A stretch of 63,502 nucleotides of DNA, filler included, from Bigelowiella natans CCMP2755 (Eukaryota; Protista; Cercozoa): NCBI GenBank assembly GCA_000320545.1. It is 6 parts of 6 records of this genome, joined end to end, with 100 filler letters (N's around TTAATTAATTAA, not from the genome) between each part and the next. Parts side by side here need not be neighbours in the genome. Positions count along the whole stretch, not along the records: positions 1 to 27,281 come from ADNK01001683.1; 5 more parts are not named here. One strand, 5' to 3'. Made by a program: the position numbers and the translations under genes. Positions within the stretch are counted from its first letter, which is position 1. Every line of letters starts with the position of its first letter. This document shows positions 1-14,330 of the stretch, piece by piece. The notes under the pieces were generated by a model, which saw only the letters and a list, made by a program, of their open reading frames with translations, had not been told where the DNA came from and searched no databases.

Positions 1-52
1 CTCTCTCTCTCTCTTTCAATGGTAACTATATCCAAGCAATATAAATATAATG

Positions 53-88
<36 letters not shown>

Positions 89-157
89 TCCGTCGCAAAA
101 TGTACTGATACTTGGTTGGTTTCTCTCCAACCCCCCTCCCCCTTCCCCCTCTACCAG

Positions 158-515
158 GTCAACTCAATTCCGGCTCGTGGTCGATCACGTTAGACCAGAT
201 GCTGAACACGGCCTATGAAGCGTAAGAAGAAGAATCACAATCAAAACGACTCCTAACAATCTCCCTCCTCTAAAACATACAAAGAACTCATCCAGAATAG
301 AACGGGGGAGGGGGGGTGTGGGGTGATGAGTCATTTTCACGCTCTCAGTTCTACCCGTCTAGACGCCTCCTAGCAAAGCGTCGTATGATTGCCTCTTTTC
401 TGTTGTGTTGATTCGGCGAAGGTACCTGGAGATATCCAAAGCGATCGCTGAGCTCTTCGAATGCCGTTTTGACCCCGTGAACACCATGCCAGAGGAAAAG
501 GTTTGTGGCGGAGGG

Positions 516-553
<38 letters not shown>

Positions 554-565
554 GTGTGTATATTA

Positions 566-601
<36 letters not shown>

Positions 602-1485
602 AAATATAACTTATATGAATCTGATTCGAGTGGAAGCTTTAATTCGACCCCCAGAACTAACCCCCCCCGCGCACCCATTTTCCGCAGCAAAGGGAGGCCG
701 TCTCCACCATTCGCGAGCGGATCGCCAACGTCGTGGACGAGAAAATGCGCGCGCAGCTCGGGAAGATGCTCGACGTCGTGGCCGATGCCAAGAAGACGAA
801 CCTGTAAGGCCTATTGCATGATACCGCTGCTTCAGCCGCTCCTTGCCTGCTTGCTCCTTGTTCTAAAGATGGGTTTCGAGCCAAAAAGGCCATTGGGCCT
901 AGATTCAGAACGCAATTCGTCGCGGATCTTGTTTTCTCGTGGTTTTTGAGAGGGGTGCTGAGGCCGCTGGCCGCCGTGTTGTTTGACCGCCGGTTTTTGT
1001 TGTTGTTCCCTTGCGCGTGGTGAAGGTACATCCCGGAGAGGAGAGGACTGGGAATCAGCGTCAATCCAAAGAACCTCGAGACGAAACAGTAGGGAGGCGC
1101 TGCCTGCCGACACCCCCCCCCACCACATATAACACGCGCCGCACCTCTCGCAAATAACACGCTTTTCATGCTTTCTTTTGGATCTGAGCACATCCAAAAA
1201 CGTTACAGTGGGTAATTTTCTTGAATGCCGTTGTTGTGCGTGCTGTGGTGCTACCTACCCGCGGCTACAGAATGACAGGAGGAACCCCATTCGGCGTGTT
1301 CTTTATGCACGGGAGGCGCTGTAACATGTTTCACGTGCGGTTCAGAGAGCACAGTCGAGGGGGCATGCGCGTCGCGACCCCGAACAGCTTTGAAGACTAC
1401 ACGGTGCGGTCGGTGAATCACTACAACGAGGCCTATGGCCTCGCATCGACCCAGCAAGCGAAGAATAAGGTCACCTAGTAGTAAC

Positions 1486-1544
<59 letters not shown>

Positions 1545-2309
1545 CAGTAGTTGTATTCGTCTGAGCAACAACGGCTGCAAAGCAATGGTGGTGTTAGAAG
1601 GCGAAGAGGATGGAGGAGTAGTGGGAGTAGAAGGGGGTGGGAGGAGAGTGAGGTCTCGCTGCAAGGGTGCTATTCATCGGAGAGGGCCCCGAGTTGTCAA
1701 GCGCCTCTTAAAACCAACACTGCGTCGCTTGTAATTTCTAACCCCTCTCATCTGGTCTCGGCGGCGACCACAACGATGCCACCTGCCCATGATGCTGATG
1801 ATGCTGACGATGATGACAGTGCTCGCAATGCCGACGGTGCTGGGAGTGGTGATGATGGCTCTGACGCTCGTGCTGTGTTGACCTGCGCGCGCATGCAGGA
1901 TATCGCTGAGGGAGGCTCAAAGGCAGTTGTGCTGGTGAAGCTCGACGACGTCACGGCAAAGAAGACGATTTCCTCCAAAAAGAGCAAGGAGACGCCAGAA
2001 TCGCTCGCATTCGCGCAGGAGAACCGTTCAAGGTGATTAGAGGCAGTAGACCAGCAATAGTGTAAATGAGAAGGCATTAGTACACCGTAGCCTTTCGTCG
2101 TCACAACAAGGCGTAACCGTGCGTGTTTTGCTGCCGTTGCGTTTGGCCAGGATCATCTTCCGGTCAGTGCGCATGGCTGCCGATTCGTTACTCGATTTGA
2201 TCTCCCCCGAGGCCGAATTGCAGAAGCACATCGTGACCTACGGACCGAGGGAGGAGTTTGTGTATCTTGGTAGGTTGGCTGTTCGTTGTTGCTCGTGTGT
2301 CTGTCTGTC

Positions 2310-2340
<31 letters not shown>

Positions 2341-2443
2341 ATGTGTGTGTTTGTGTGTGTGTTTGTGTGTGTATGTGTGCGTGTGTGTATTTTCGTTGGA
2401 GAGAGGGAGAGAGGATGAACGAGAGAATCTAGGACAGACAAAC

Positions 2444-2481
<38 letters not shown>

Positions 2482-3026
2482 GCGTGTGTGTGCCTCATGC
2501 AATTTTTTCCCATCATTATCTATTTTGCCTTTATTTAATGCTGCTGGGAAAATAGTAGTGGCCTTTATTCATATTACATATCAAACTACTACTTATAATA
2601 ATACCAATAAAATCTTCCTCGTCGCTTTCCTTCCCCCCCCCCCACCCAAAGGTCCGGATGAGCAGATAACTCCTGATCATATTAACTGGATCACTGACCA
2701 TGCGAAGGAGAGGAGACTTCCGTACGAAGAACCTCACCATCCTCACCATACCTTCATCATTACAAGCTGAGTTCTTCGCAGACGAACGGCGTTTTGTATT
2801 CATCCTAATGACTCGCCAGAGCCCATATTCAGCGTGTCGCTAGTGGAAAGTGAGGATACGAAATGACGACTGTGCGTGGCGGTGTTTTGTTTGTTCTTTA
2901 GATATGCTACGGCGTTCATGTCATCGAAGCCAAGGACGGGGATAAACCACAAACAGTAATCGTGTTTCTGTTAGGAAAATGATTTGTTTTTTAAATTCTT
3001 TCATTCTGTCACTCCTTTTCCCTCTC

Positions 3027-3066
<40 letters not shown>

Positions 3067-3481
3067 CACATACGTCTCCTCACCCCACATACGTCTCCTC
3101 ACTCCTTCTATCTGTAATCTGTATCTCCATGCGTGTATAAGGCTGGGCAAGAGGCAGGCAGCGCCCATATAATAAATAAACATATAAAGATCAATATACA
3201 ATTTCCGTATATTTCTAGCACCAGCTTGCTTTTGCAATCTGGCCTTTTTCAGTCATGATCTAGTTTTATATGGTATAAATAGAGCAGCGTCGTTGAGAGC
3301 CTAACTTATCACCAAAAATCACTAAAAGGTATGGGGTCACTTCCGAAGGCGTGTGCATATTCTTGGACGTAGCACTTCGGAACATAGGTGCGGCATTGCG
3401 CAATACACGCCATTCAAAGTCCATACTAATAAGGGGGAAGTTAATAGTATTTAAAATTATACGCACATATTTTCGCGTGTA

Positions 3482-3525
<44 letters not shown>

Positions 3526-3980
3526 AGAGAGAGAGAGGGAGAGAGAGAGAGAGAGAGGGAAAGTAAATTAAACACAACATCGACACCGAATACACAGGCA
3601 AAGATCCACGAGACGGCCCATTCACGCTCAAAATGACCGGAGGAACTTCGGGCGACGTGGCAGGGAACGCGCTGAAAATCCTGAACCGCGACTACGGAGA
3701 TAACACCAAGGTGCTGGGAATGGTTGACCACCGCGCATGCGTCGAGGATCCTGAAGGTAAAGCGCACGCATAGGGTTAATAATGGGTATGTATGCAATAT
3801 TATTAATGTGTATGTGTGTGTGTGTGTGTGCATATGTGTGTGTGTATATGTGTTTATGTGTGCGTGTGAGTGTGTTTCGTCCTTTTAAATACAAGATTGT
3901 TTATCCAGATGATTGGGTTGACTCCGTCTCTGTCAGAATGCGTATACTTGATATGATTATACGTGTCGTCTGTAAACGTC

Positions 3981-4027
<47 letters not shown>

Positions 4028-6345
4028 AAACAGGCCTCAACATGGAGGAGCTTCTCCGCCTGGTTGATAATGATCTCGATCTCTCCCATTTCGATGAGAA
4101 AAGGCTCTCTTCGTCGGGATCCCTGCACACCCGTAGCACAGCCGACGGCCGAGCAATGTGCGATTCCATGCACAACAGGGTAACACCACATGTATGATGG
4201 CATGGTACAGCAAAAGGAAAGGCCAGAAGCGAGGGGGGGGGGGGGGGACGGGTCGTGTTGGATTGACAAGGATTGGTGTATGAGCTCCTCCGTTTTCGGA
4301 TCGAGATTTTTGGTAGTTTGAGGGTTCAGTACCCCAAACCCCTTCTGGTCGCTAATCTCCGCTCACATCACGGCAATACACCAAAAGGTGGAGTCGGATG
4401 CGTTCTTGCCTGCAGGGGGCCTCCCGAACACCATCCGCATGAACAACTGGCAGAACTTCCTCGTGGACGGGAAAAAGCCTTCCTCGAAGCTCATTGTGGA
4501 GGTAGATGCAGAGCCAAAGCGCCGTGGATAGAAACGTATATGTGCAAGTTCCGCAAGTAGCGCGAATGCATGGTGGTTTCTCCTTGTATCTTATATAACC
4601 TCGAGTTTTTCCATCTCCCCCCTTCTCATCCTCCCTCAATTTCATATTTAAAAGGCTGCGAACATCTTCATCGAGCAAGAGGCTAGGGTCAAGCTAACAG
4701 AGAGCGGTGTGCTGATCGTCAAAGACAGGTTGTCATTCATTCCGACTCTCGGAAATACACCGTACAAACCGAATAGCCATTGCCAATTGTTATCGAAAAT
4801 CGAGGAGATATGAATAGGATCACGTTTTCCAATTATGAGCAGAAATCCGTTAGTGGTTATGTAACCACGTTATATGTTGCTCTATGGAGATAAAAACCGT
4901 CAAAATATAATTGCTTCCCTTGTTTTCGTTGTGAGTCCATTTGCGATTCAGTGCGCCTATGCTGTTGCTGGGTCTCACTCATTTCTCTTTTCAACTCCCT
5001 GCTATCAGCTCTGCGAACAAGTGCGGAGTCATTTGCAGCTCGATGGAAATCATTGCCAACCTCCTCATGGACGAAGATGAGTTCTTGACCTTCCGCGAAG
5101 AGTAAGAACCCTCTAGTGCTTGTAGGTTTCGATGTTTTGAGAACGCCGTGAAATAGCCAATGTGACGTGCAAGCTTGCGTCGAGTGTGATGAAAACAGCT
5201 GACAATTCTTGCATATTTTGGAACGTAGATACGTGGAGGATGTGCTCAACCACCTGCGTTTGTTGGCAAAGATGGAAGCTGACGTCATGTTCGAAGAGTA
5301 AGTAGTCCGTATTTTATGCTAATGTAGCGTTGCGTAGCTTGGAGCTCCGGATATTCGTGTACTTTTATTTCTTACGTGAAGTGTTGGTCAGAGATAGGCC
5401 AACTTGAAGATTGTTTTTTATTAATAATAACATTTAATGTAGGTATAAGAAACTTGGAGGCCCTGGCGCAACGGCGACAGCTGCAACTAACGAGGAGATA
5501 TGGGCTGCCTCACTACCAGGTATGCTTGCATCCGTCCTTCCTCCCTTTTGAAACTATTGCTCACACGGCAGTCTTCGACATGTTTCTCAGGGATTGCGGA
5601 GCGAATCAGTCGTGTAATGAACATGTCTTCAGATTACATCTCAGAGCAGCTTACGGAAGAGTAAGAAGGGACGTGAGAGGGAGTTGGGAAGAGGGCGTTG
5701 GGGCTATTTATTGATACAGTATACTAGACTAAGCCTATATTGCTACGAAGCATATTTAGGGAAGTAGGCGTTTTGTGTAATGAGTAAGTGAAGTGGGAGA
5801 ACGCTCCTAACAGCCATGTTTTTATTTTTAATTCAGACTGGACTTAGACGAAATCGCATTGCATGCCGCCGGGGCCCTACTTCCCTCACTACGTGAGAGG
5901 GCCGGAGATAGGCTGAAGAAGCTTCCTAAGGGGTTCCTGGTTAACATGGTTGCAAAGTACCTGTCGAGCCAGATGGTCTACCACGAAGGCCTGGACTACG
6001 TTGAGAGATCAGGTTGTGTAAAAATAAACTTTATAATTTTTGACTATTTGAGCATCTCATCTTCAATGTTTGTGATTATTTTTTAATTTTGAATTGGTGT
6101 TTTTCATATCTCTTTGTGGTTTGGTCGTGTTTACAGTTCCCCGTAGTAAGTTTGCGAAAGTTGCACTTCAGTATTCTTACGAGACAAAACGCATTGAGGA
6201 ACTTCTTAAGATTGTCAGTGATGCTAGTATTGCTGACGATGAAACAGCAAAAGAGGAAATATTGCAGTTGTTGCGTGTAGGAGGCCCTCGTGTTGCTGTG
6301 CAGAAATCTCATGTCTTCCAGCCTACTGCGGATGATGAGAACTAA
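158..6345 (+). CDS. GDH2: NAD-specific glutamate dehydrogenase (large GDH2-type), ~20 exons, 5' end outside window
   Basis: GT-AG spliced exons join in frame: YLEISKAIAELFECRFDP; AKKTNLYIPERRGLG; PFGVFFMHGR..FHVRFREHSRGGMR..EAYGLASTQQAKNK|DIAEGGSKAV; YLG|PDEQIT; AFMSSKPRTGINHKQ|YGVTSEGV; KMTGGTSGDVAGN; LIVE|AANIFI; IVKD|SSANKCGVICSSMEI. Stop at 6343-6345. Confidence 0.93.
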
Positions 6346-7935
6346 AGCATGAGACGGATATTATCCGACAAGCAATAGCGTAGATTTCGTTTTGCCGAAA
6401 TGTCATTTTGGCGAAATACAAAACTGAAAACTCTCCATGACATTCGATGTCCAATGTTGTGTTTACAAAATGTTCTCATCAATGTTGCAGCAACATCATC
6501 TGAGGTGCCATTGACTCAACATCGATTCACGTCGCACCGATGACACCATGCTAGCATGGCTAGATGACATGCAAATGTGAAAAAGGCCCAGGCAGCAGGT
6601 GATGCGATGCGCAAATGTTTTAGCTCTAGAGCTAGCTAGATCACATTTCAGCATTGACATTTGTAGACGTCTGATGTACTAGTCTAGTAATGCAAGATGC
6701 AAGACAGATGTGATGAATCAACTCAAATTTGTTCAATGCCAGAATGGTCATCCGTGCTAGTGTGCATGCTAGCATGTACGATGAGGCTAGATTTCCAATG
6801 TGCGACTCGGCAAAAACATGGCTAGCTAGCTAGATGGAGTGCAAGCTCCTAGCTTGCTAGGGCACGCTAGCACGCCGGGTGTTCGCACGTGACTAGCTAG
6901 CTAGGTTGGCTTCCCGTGATTAGGTTTTGAGATCATGCATGCCAGCTCTGGAGTTAGCCAGCATTGCTAGATTGTGACTTGCATTTGAGGTCCAAAGGTG
7001 GACATTTCAGCATTCCTGGATTCAAAACTAGATCAATTGAACCTTGCTAGCTTGTGAGGGTTCAGTGACTCACTCTAGCACTTGCAAATTGGCCATTTGG
7101 CAATGCAGCATTGCGGCCAGAGAGCCAAAGTGATGCAAGCTGGCAAGTCAGCTAGCCAGTGCAAGCGAGCAAGACTCAGAGCAACTGCGCTGAACTTGTC
7201 TGGGTGTCCCAGTGTTGTCAGCCCTAGAGCCTGCTGGCCTGCCGAAAGCTGTGACATGCCTAACAAAAAGTCCAAAAATCAGGCCGCCCGCGCTAGCCAG
7301 CGCGAGCTGGCACGACTGGGTCAGTTCAGCAGTGGGCAAGATCGAGCCAGCTAGCCAGCACCAACTTGGCAATGAAAAACGAAGCAATTTCACATCATCA
7401 ACAGTGCAGCTGGAAGGATCGCAAATTGCACCCAACTCTTCATTGTTTCGCGTGATTGCACAATTTGCTGACAGCGACAGCAACAATGATGAACAGCATT
7501 GTGCACGCATTGATTGATGCAAAATGCGTTTTTGCCGATCGCTGAGTCGGAAAATGCAACATCTAAGTCGAGCTGCGGTTCGCTCTAACCCACAAGCATC
7601 GCAAAGTGCTTTCTAATTTTCAGCTAAGACAGACAGTTCCAACATTTTTACGTCTAAAACGCGCACAAATCGATGCATAAGCAGATTACAAGTTCTGGCT
7701 ACCACCAAATGCCCAAGCAAGCTTCTTCCGGGCCTTTTGCCTAAGGCTTCAAAGGTGTGGGGGAATCCGTCCTGCGACATCATCATGAATGGTGAAATAT
7801 GAAAAACACCAGTACACTTGGGACAAACGGATGTTGGCATCCCGATGGGAAAAAAAGGAAATATTTGTTGTCGTAATGTAAAAATCCTTTCCGAAATCGA
7901 ACGAACGGACCCCGCCATGGCCTCCAAGCTCATGG

Positions 7936-10637
7936 ATGGCCCCTCCAGAATCAAGATCTTACATGCGGGCTAAGAGCAGAAATCAATGCATCCCGTGGGT
8001 AGGCATTGTAACGTTAGTACTTCTTTATGGGGATTCTCTTATCAGCGCTAACCACGGTGACGAATCCGCGAGGCTACGACCCTCAGCTTTAGAAACAAAG
8101 AGTGTCCTTATCAACATGAGTCATTCACACATTGTAGATGAATCCTATCAAGATGTGGTGCGACAATTTAGTGTTAAAGGAGATACAACAACGATCTCAG
8201 CTCTCAACATTGATGACGACGACGATGATGACGATGACAATGTAACACCTTTCATGCCATCCTTCGCACCATCTATCGCCTCATCATTTACTCCGTCCAT
8301 CGTCCCATCTGTCGCCCCATCGTTTGCTCCATCTATTTCTCCATCATTGGCTCCGTCCATCGCCCCTTCATTTTCCCCGTCCCTCGTACCATCTATCATC
8401 CCATCCGTTGCTCCTTCCGTTGTCCCGTCGAGTGTACCTTCAGTCACCCCATCTACCAACCTATCTTCTACTCCATCAACAGCTTTAACCAACACCCCAA
8501 CCGTTGCCCCATCCAATACTCCATCCATTGTACCTTTCATTTCCTCATCTATTGCACCGTCCATTACTCCATCAATCTTCCCTTCTATTACTCCATCTTT
8601 TAGCCAATCCATCGCTCCATCCAATTCGCCCTCTATCAGCCCATCCAATATCCCATCCTCTTGGCTGACTGTCACTCCAACAGTTCTACCTTCTTCAGTT
8701 CCCAATAAAGCTGAATACACACATTTTCCAACGACAGTTTCTCCGTCATCAAGTTTATCTCCTATAACATCAGCACCGAGTTTATCTCAAAATAACACGT
8801 TGCTTGTTGGCCCTCGTAAGGATTCTAGGGGACGAGCCATGGCTATAATGGCTGCGCAAGTTGGTTACACAGCAGGTATAACTCCCAAGTGGTTTGAGTT
8901 GTTTTTCAAGAAACGACTCGATGACAAAAATCTTTACTATGTGTGAAAATTACCAAAAGGATTTATAATCTTCATTTGGATAGCGGTGTACATTTCGTAT
9001 CAAATTTTGTTGACGGCTTGCGTCGAAGAGCTTGACACATGGATGGGTCAAAGAACAGTTTTCTGTATTATTTCCCTTTTTTTTATATGATGTTATTTTA
9101 GGTTTTGCACACGTCTTGCTGATCATTCAAAGCACAATGAGGTGATTTGAAGGAAATCAAATGATGCAAGTTTGGTTTAATTTTCAATTTATTGGGCATT
9201 GAATTCCATAACTGGGTTAAACTAAAATTTGATTCTTATTTGAAAAGCGCGATATACTGCGCATTCTATGCAAGTTTCGGATCCAGTTTCGCATGGAAAT
9301 CCTCAAGTATAGTTATGGCTACGACATTGTCAGCTTGTTTTTACACGGTATTTCACCATGGAGCTTATCGATTAATTTGATAAGAAAACTGTTTTTTCTA
9401 GGCTGCGTTTTTAACTCTGAGCTTAGCGCCCTTTCACTTGATGAGCTTTGTCTATTCTAAGGAAGGGTGTCCGCAATTAATTAACGGGGAGAGTTACAAG
9501 TAAATAAGGAGAATTAGTTAACTAGAAATCTTGACAGTGACAAACTTGTTAATGTTGTGGTGTCTATGTTATATATCCTTTTAGCAAGAATTACGTTTGG
9601 TATTATTTTGTTTGTTCCGGTATTGCCACAATAACTCTTTGGTCCCCCATGAGTAAGTTTGTTTTTTGGTAATGTATGGGTTATCATTTACCATTTTTAT
9701 GTTTCGGCGGCAGTTGTAATGCTTTCTATCGGATCAAAGCTTGCAACGATGAGAGGTTCCATTGGTATGGCGGCCGCCGCTGTTGCAGTGGTGAAACAGA
9801 TTCGTATATTATATCCGCAAGTTCATAATTGAATAATTCTTAACTTAGTTAATGGGATACGTACTTTACGTCTTCCTCTCAAGATGGAAGTTTATTCGAT
9901 GTTCGGCTTCGGGAGAAAATTTTCCCCCAATATCCTCAACGTCTAAGAACTTACAGAATGTTATACTCACGCAAGGGATTTGTTTTCTTGCATTAACGGT
10001 AGCAAAATACCATTTAGTTAAATATCCAGCTCTTGTGCAAGCATAAATGAGTTGACGAAAAGTATAAAAATAGAAAAAATATTTTTTCTACTGAAATGAA
10101 ATTCAGCTCAAGAAAATTTTGTTTTTACTTCAGGTCTTTTGGGTGCTTGCCTCATTATTTTGTTTTAATTTTGTTGCTTTGACGATTTATGTTCCATTAA
10201 CCGTCATTCTTCAAGCCCTGATAATATGGATCACTCTCTGGATGTATCACATGAAGTCACAATCATTGTCACAGACTTAGCCATTATCTAACAGTAATAA
10301 CAATGCGCCATTTGCATCCCGGGTCATTTCTCAACAGGATAATGGAAATTCCTCTGCGGTACTGTCATCAATTGCTCTTAGGCGTTTTGCTATGCACAAC
10401 GATAGTGAGTTGAAGAGTTAGATCCATATATTTGCGCCAATGCGATCACATTTTCATTTTCATGCATCTATCTACTGCTCGAATCAATATCGTTTTCACC
10501 TCACAAAATCAAGCTAGAGCAGCCGCAGCTGAATATTGACATCCATAGATCTAGAAATTAAAAGCGAGGAATTCAGTCATAGCGAATTTCATCATGAAGA
10601 ATCGAATGACACCCACATGAATGGAGAAGGTAGCTAG
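7936..10637 (+). CDS. Multi-pass membrane protein with N-terminal hydrophobic segment and Pro/Ser-rich (PSxAPS) stalk; receptor-like
   Basis: The 336-aa first ORF has a hydrophobic leader and ~25 PSIAPS-type repeats. Many short hydrophobic exons with GT-AG introns follow. The last exon reads ..EESNDTHMNGEGS* (TAG 10635-10637). Confidence 0.65.
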
Positions 10638-11167
10638 GTGCAGGCACACTCATAAACAATGAATTACTCCCCTGCGTCACATTTTCGCAATTTGTGCCAG
10701 CTTTTTGTCTAGTGACTAGGCATGTTCTGTTCAAAATTTGAGCATGGGTAGATCATCCGATTGTCATGTCTAGATGTGCACGCCGCGCATGCTAGCATGT
10801 TTACTTTGAAACTTGTATCGTTGACACTGCACTGTTGATTCAATGCTGTTCAGTGACACTAGCGCGCAAAGCACTGCTGTGCAGCAATGATTTGTGCCAT
10901 TCGTGAACACGCTAAGATTCGATTCACCACACCCGCGCGCGCACAGTAGCAGAGGAATCCACATTGCCAGCATCATCTATTCAAGTTTTGATCATGTGAC
11001 TGGTCAACAGTTTGCAGTGAAAGTTTATTTGTGGAAACAAATTTGGAGAGGGATTGGGCATGTTGTCATGTTGTGTAGATTGTTCAATTAAAAAGTCAGA
11101 TGGTAATGCATTTTTAATCTATTGTTTCTAATCACTAGCCAATATAATAGAATGAACTATAATCCTG

Positions 11168-13125
11168 TTACGCATTCATTATCTTTTTTGTCTGTGGTCT
11201 TTGAGGCCGAGGTGGGCTTGTTTGGATTATGGTGATTGTCGACATTGAGTTTGAAGTTCCAAGGAAATTGCTACTTTCCATCATAGCGACAATATCCTGA
11301 AGTTTACGAGATTTCTGCACCGCTACAAGAGAGTTGTTTCCGGCATCGGTATTGCTAACAGAAGCTAGCACTGATACATGTGTTGGCGTCAGGTTTGGAG
11401 CAGAGGTCCTTGAAAGCTGAGTAGCGGATTTGAGATCCATCAGATTATATGTCACGAGCAACAAAAGAGAAACCGATCTTTAAATTTTACCGAATGAAAA
11501 CGCAAGTTCTCTTCATTATCGCTTCGATGAGATCCACCAAGGTTTGTTCCGTTTGAGGCCGTGTAGTTGTTGCTCTCTGGTTGCTGCGATGACACAGGAT
11601 TCAAAGTCGCACTTTTGTGCAAGCTGATGCTTAACGCTCTGCGACTTTTTCTCCTATTTTTACTGATATTTGGACTTGGGGCCCGAGAACTACAGAAAAG
11701 ATTGTGAAAAAGGTGGATATAAATAGTATATTTTGATTTATTTTATGGTAATCGGACCTTTTTCGTATTCTTTTAGTGTCAAGTGTCAATGAATTTCCGT
11801 AGCCTTTATGATTATATTTGTGGCACAAATTTACATTTATAGTCGTCGTTAGCATTACATTCTGTTTGCTAACGTTGGTACATACCTCTTGGTGGCGTGT
11901 TATGGGATTGTGAGCGAGAACGGATAGATCTAAATAGAATTGCAGGGTAAATTGGGGTAGTTCCAAAGCGATGCTATTATCTAATTTTCATGTACCTATT
12001 TGGAGTGTTGTTTGTGTAGACTGTCTGGGATGATTGCTGAAACGGTCGAATTGGCACCCTAGGTCAATATTGTATATGTTTTAACTACCATTTGGATTAG
12101 AAAATGTATGTATCAGTTTAGTACCAGGCCCAGTATAACCAAAATATTGTGCATACTAAGCAGATGTAGAGTAGTAGATCATGAACTTGCCAACTTTCTG
12201 ACCTAGGGCGATTTAGCAATGTGTAGTGTTAATAAGGTAATAATAACTGTTTATTTATCAACATAAAACTACAACCTGAACGTTTCCTCATAGTATTCAC
12301 TATAAGATAAATCATTTCTTTCTAGTATATCGAAGCTGGCCCTCCAAAAGGCACAAACTGGTAATAGAGGAAAAGTAGTACCCAACCTTAGTTGAAATAG
12401 ACGCAAAAAAAGGACTGATATCGATTTACATGCTGCGAAGAGCCCCACGACCATAACTGCCAAAAGCAATTTCGATATCTTTCGAGTTACAGCTTGCAGC
12501 TCGTGCACACGACGCTCGTACACCTAAACAAGATTAACAGAGAATATTGTTTTGTTTTATCTGTATGTTTAAACTTTCAATTCACTGAAAACAGGGTTCA
12601 TCTATTGTTACCTTCCCTTTCTTATTGGCAAATTCTCTGATCGATGCGTTGACCATCCTGTGAAGAATAAAAAATAAATCCATATCCCAAAATTCTACGT
12701 ATTTGGGCATACCCTCTAAAACGACAGAACATGAGATTGAAGGAGAGAGTCAAGCACAGGACCATACTTCCATGAGCAATCATGAGCTGTTGATTATATT
12801 ACACAGAAGACAAACGGGAATACAGATTAGTATTTTGACGGTTTATACGATGGTAATAGCTGACCACGTTTGCATAGACTGTATCATTTTCCTCCAGTAC
12901 CAAAAATAATAAAATGCTTCCCTATATTAGGCAAAAACAACGCATTATATATAACCAATATTCAAGTCTATGTTATAAAATTACCATGACAAGGTACAGG
13001 AAGAGAGGCCCAAGAACGGTAAACTTGGTTTTGGTTGAAACGTGCCTTAAAAATAGTTCAATCGTACTGTTAAAGCATTTAATGGGTTCTGTCTATTATG
13101 GCGGTATGTGCACTAGAATTAGAGT

Positions 13126-13169
<44 letters not shown>

Positions 13170-14330
13170 GTGTGTATATGTGCGTGTGTGTGTTTGTGTG
13201 TGTACAATATACCCATTTCGTTGGTTATGCTGATTCTGAAGCATGTGACTTAGACTAACAGTTCGACTTGAGAATGAAAAACGTCGGGCCATGTTTGCCA
13301 TAATCGACCCCCTTTAATCAAAAACATAATTCATCGTTTTGTACAACAGGGAACTGGGAAATTAAAATTGATACAAATATCATATAAACCCGATGATTGA
13401 GCCGGTACGTTCTCGGGATGGCTCGAAATTATTTGTGTCATTCTTATTACACTTTGCTTCCCTAAAAGGAACAGAAAAAAAATATTTCATTCTTTGGCCG
13501 ATTTTATTAATGTATGCTGGAAAGAATCGATCCGTATCATGCACCTTGGCACCGAGAGAGGCATCGTTTTTAGAATTGTGTAAGCTAAAATTGGTAAGAG
13601 ATAGGCCTTCTTAGTATACATACAAAAACACCCATTGGAATAATATTACCAATGAAAGATAGTGTGCACACACACTGAGCAATGAGCACAGTCGTCACAA
13701 TAACGAAAGGTTGCCATGGAATTCCTTGCAGTGATACAAAGTTCATATCAATGCTCACCGCAGGCAATCAATCATAAGTTAAGATTGTATTAAACCATAA
13801 AGCTCCCAAAAGAAGAGTGTCATACAGCCCACATTTATCACTGCGGATGAGAGGTGTACATATCTTTTGTTGCGGTCCTATTTCAATATGAAAAACAAAT
13901 TTTTGCGATGATCAATTATCAACATCCGGCAAATAACTTCAATGTGCACCGAAAAGTTTCATGTCGAAAGCATCTTCGTTCCTACCCGACAATGACTTGA
14001 GAGTAAGAGCGTGTGGACGATGAGCCAGGCAGATCCAATACCGATCCGCAGGTACGTGGAGTAAACGCGATGCGTGGGGAACCCATGCATGGCAATAGAC
14101 TTTTGTGGATTGTTGTCATAACTATCAAATGACACTCATAATCCGTTGTCGCTGTCCGATAAACCATTGTCATTTATTACGAACGACTTAGAAATAACGA
14201 GACTGTTCGCCTAAAGCTTCCTTATACACCTCTATCTTCCTCCATGGGCACAGGCAATTGTGTTGTACATCTCGAAACAAGTGCAGATGCAGTGTCCGTA
14301 ATTCTCCAAACTACCCTAATTCATCATTGC
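11168..14330 (-). CDS. Multi-pass membrane protein (GPCR-like topology), boundaries approximate
   Basis: Series of hydrophobic minus-strand exons (PWQPFVIVTTVLIAQCVCTLSFI; RKISKLLLAVMVVGLFAACKSISVLFLRLF) and a Ser/Thr-rich C-terminal ORF at 11168-11464. Confidence 0.45.

Noticed and set aside
158-807. Apparent in-frame TAA stops in GDH (223-225, 805-807) suggesting codon reassignment
   Set aside because: They are part of GTAAG splice donors; the standard code fits.
503-949. Many ORFs rich in YIYI/CVCV/HTHT/SLSL throughout the window
   Set aside because: They are translations of intronic microsatellites, not proteins.
8148-8720. 190-aa antisense DG-repeat ORF
   Set aside because: Mirror of the Pro/Ser repeat on the plus strand.
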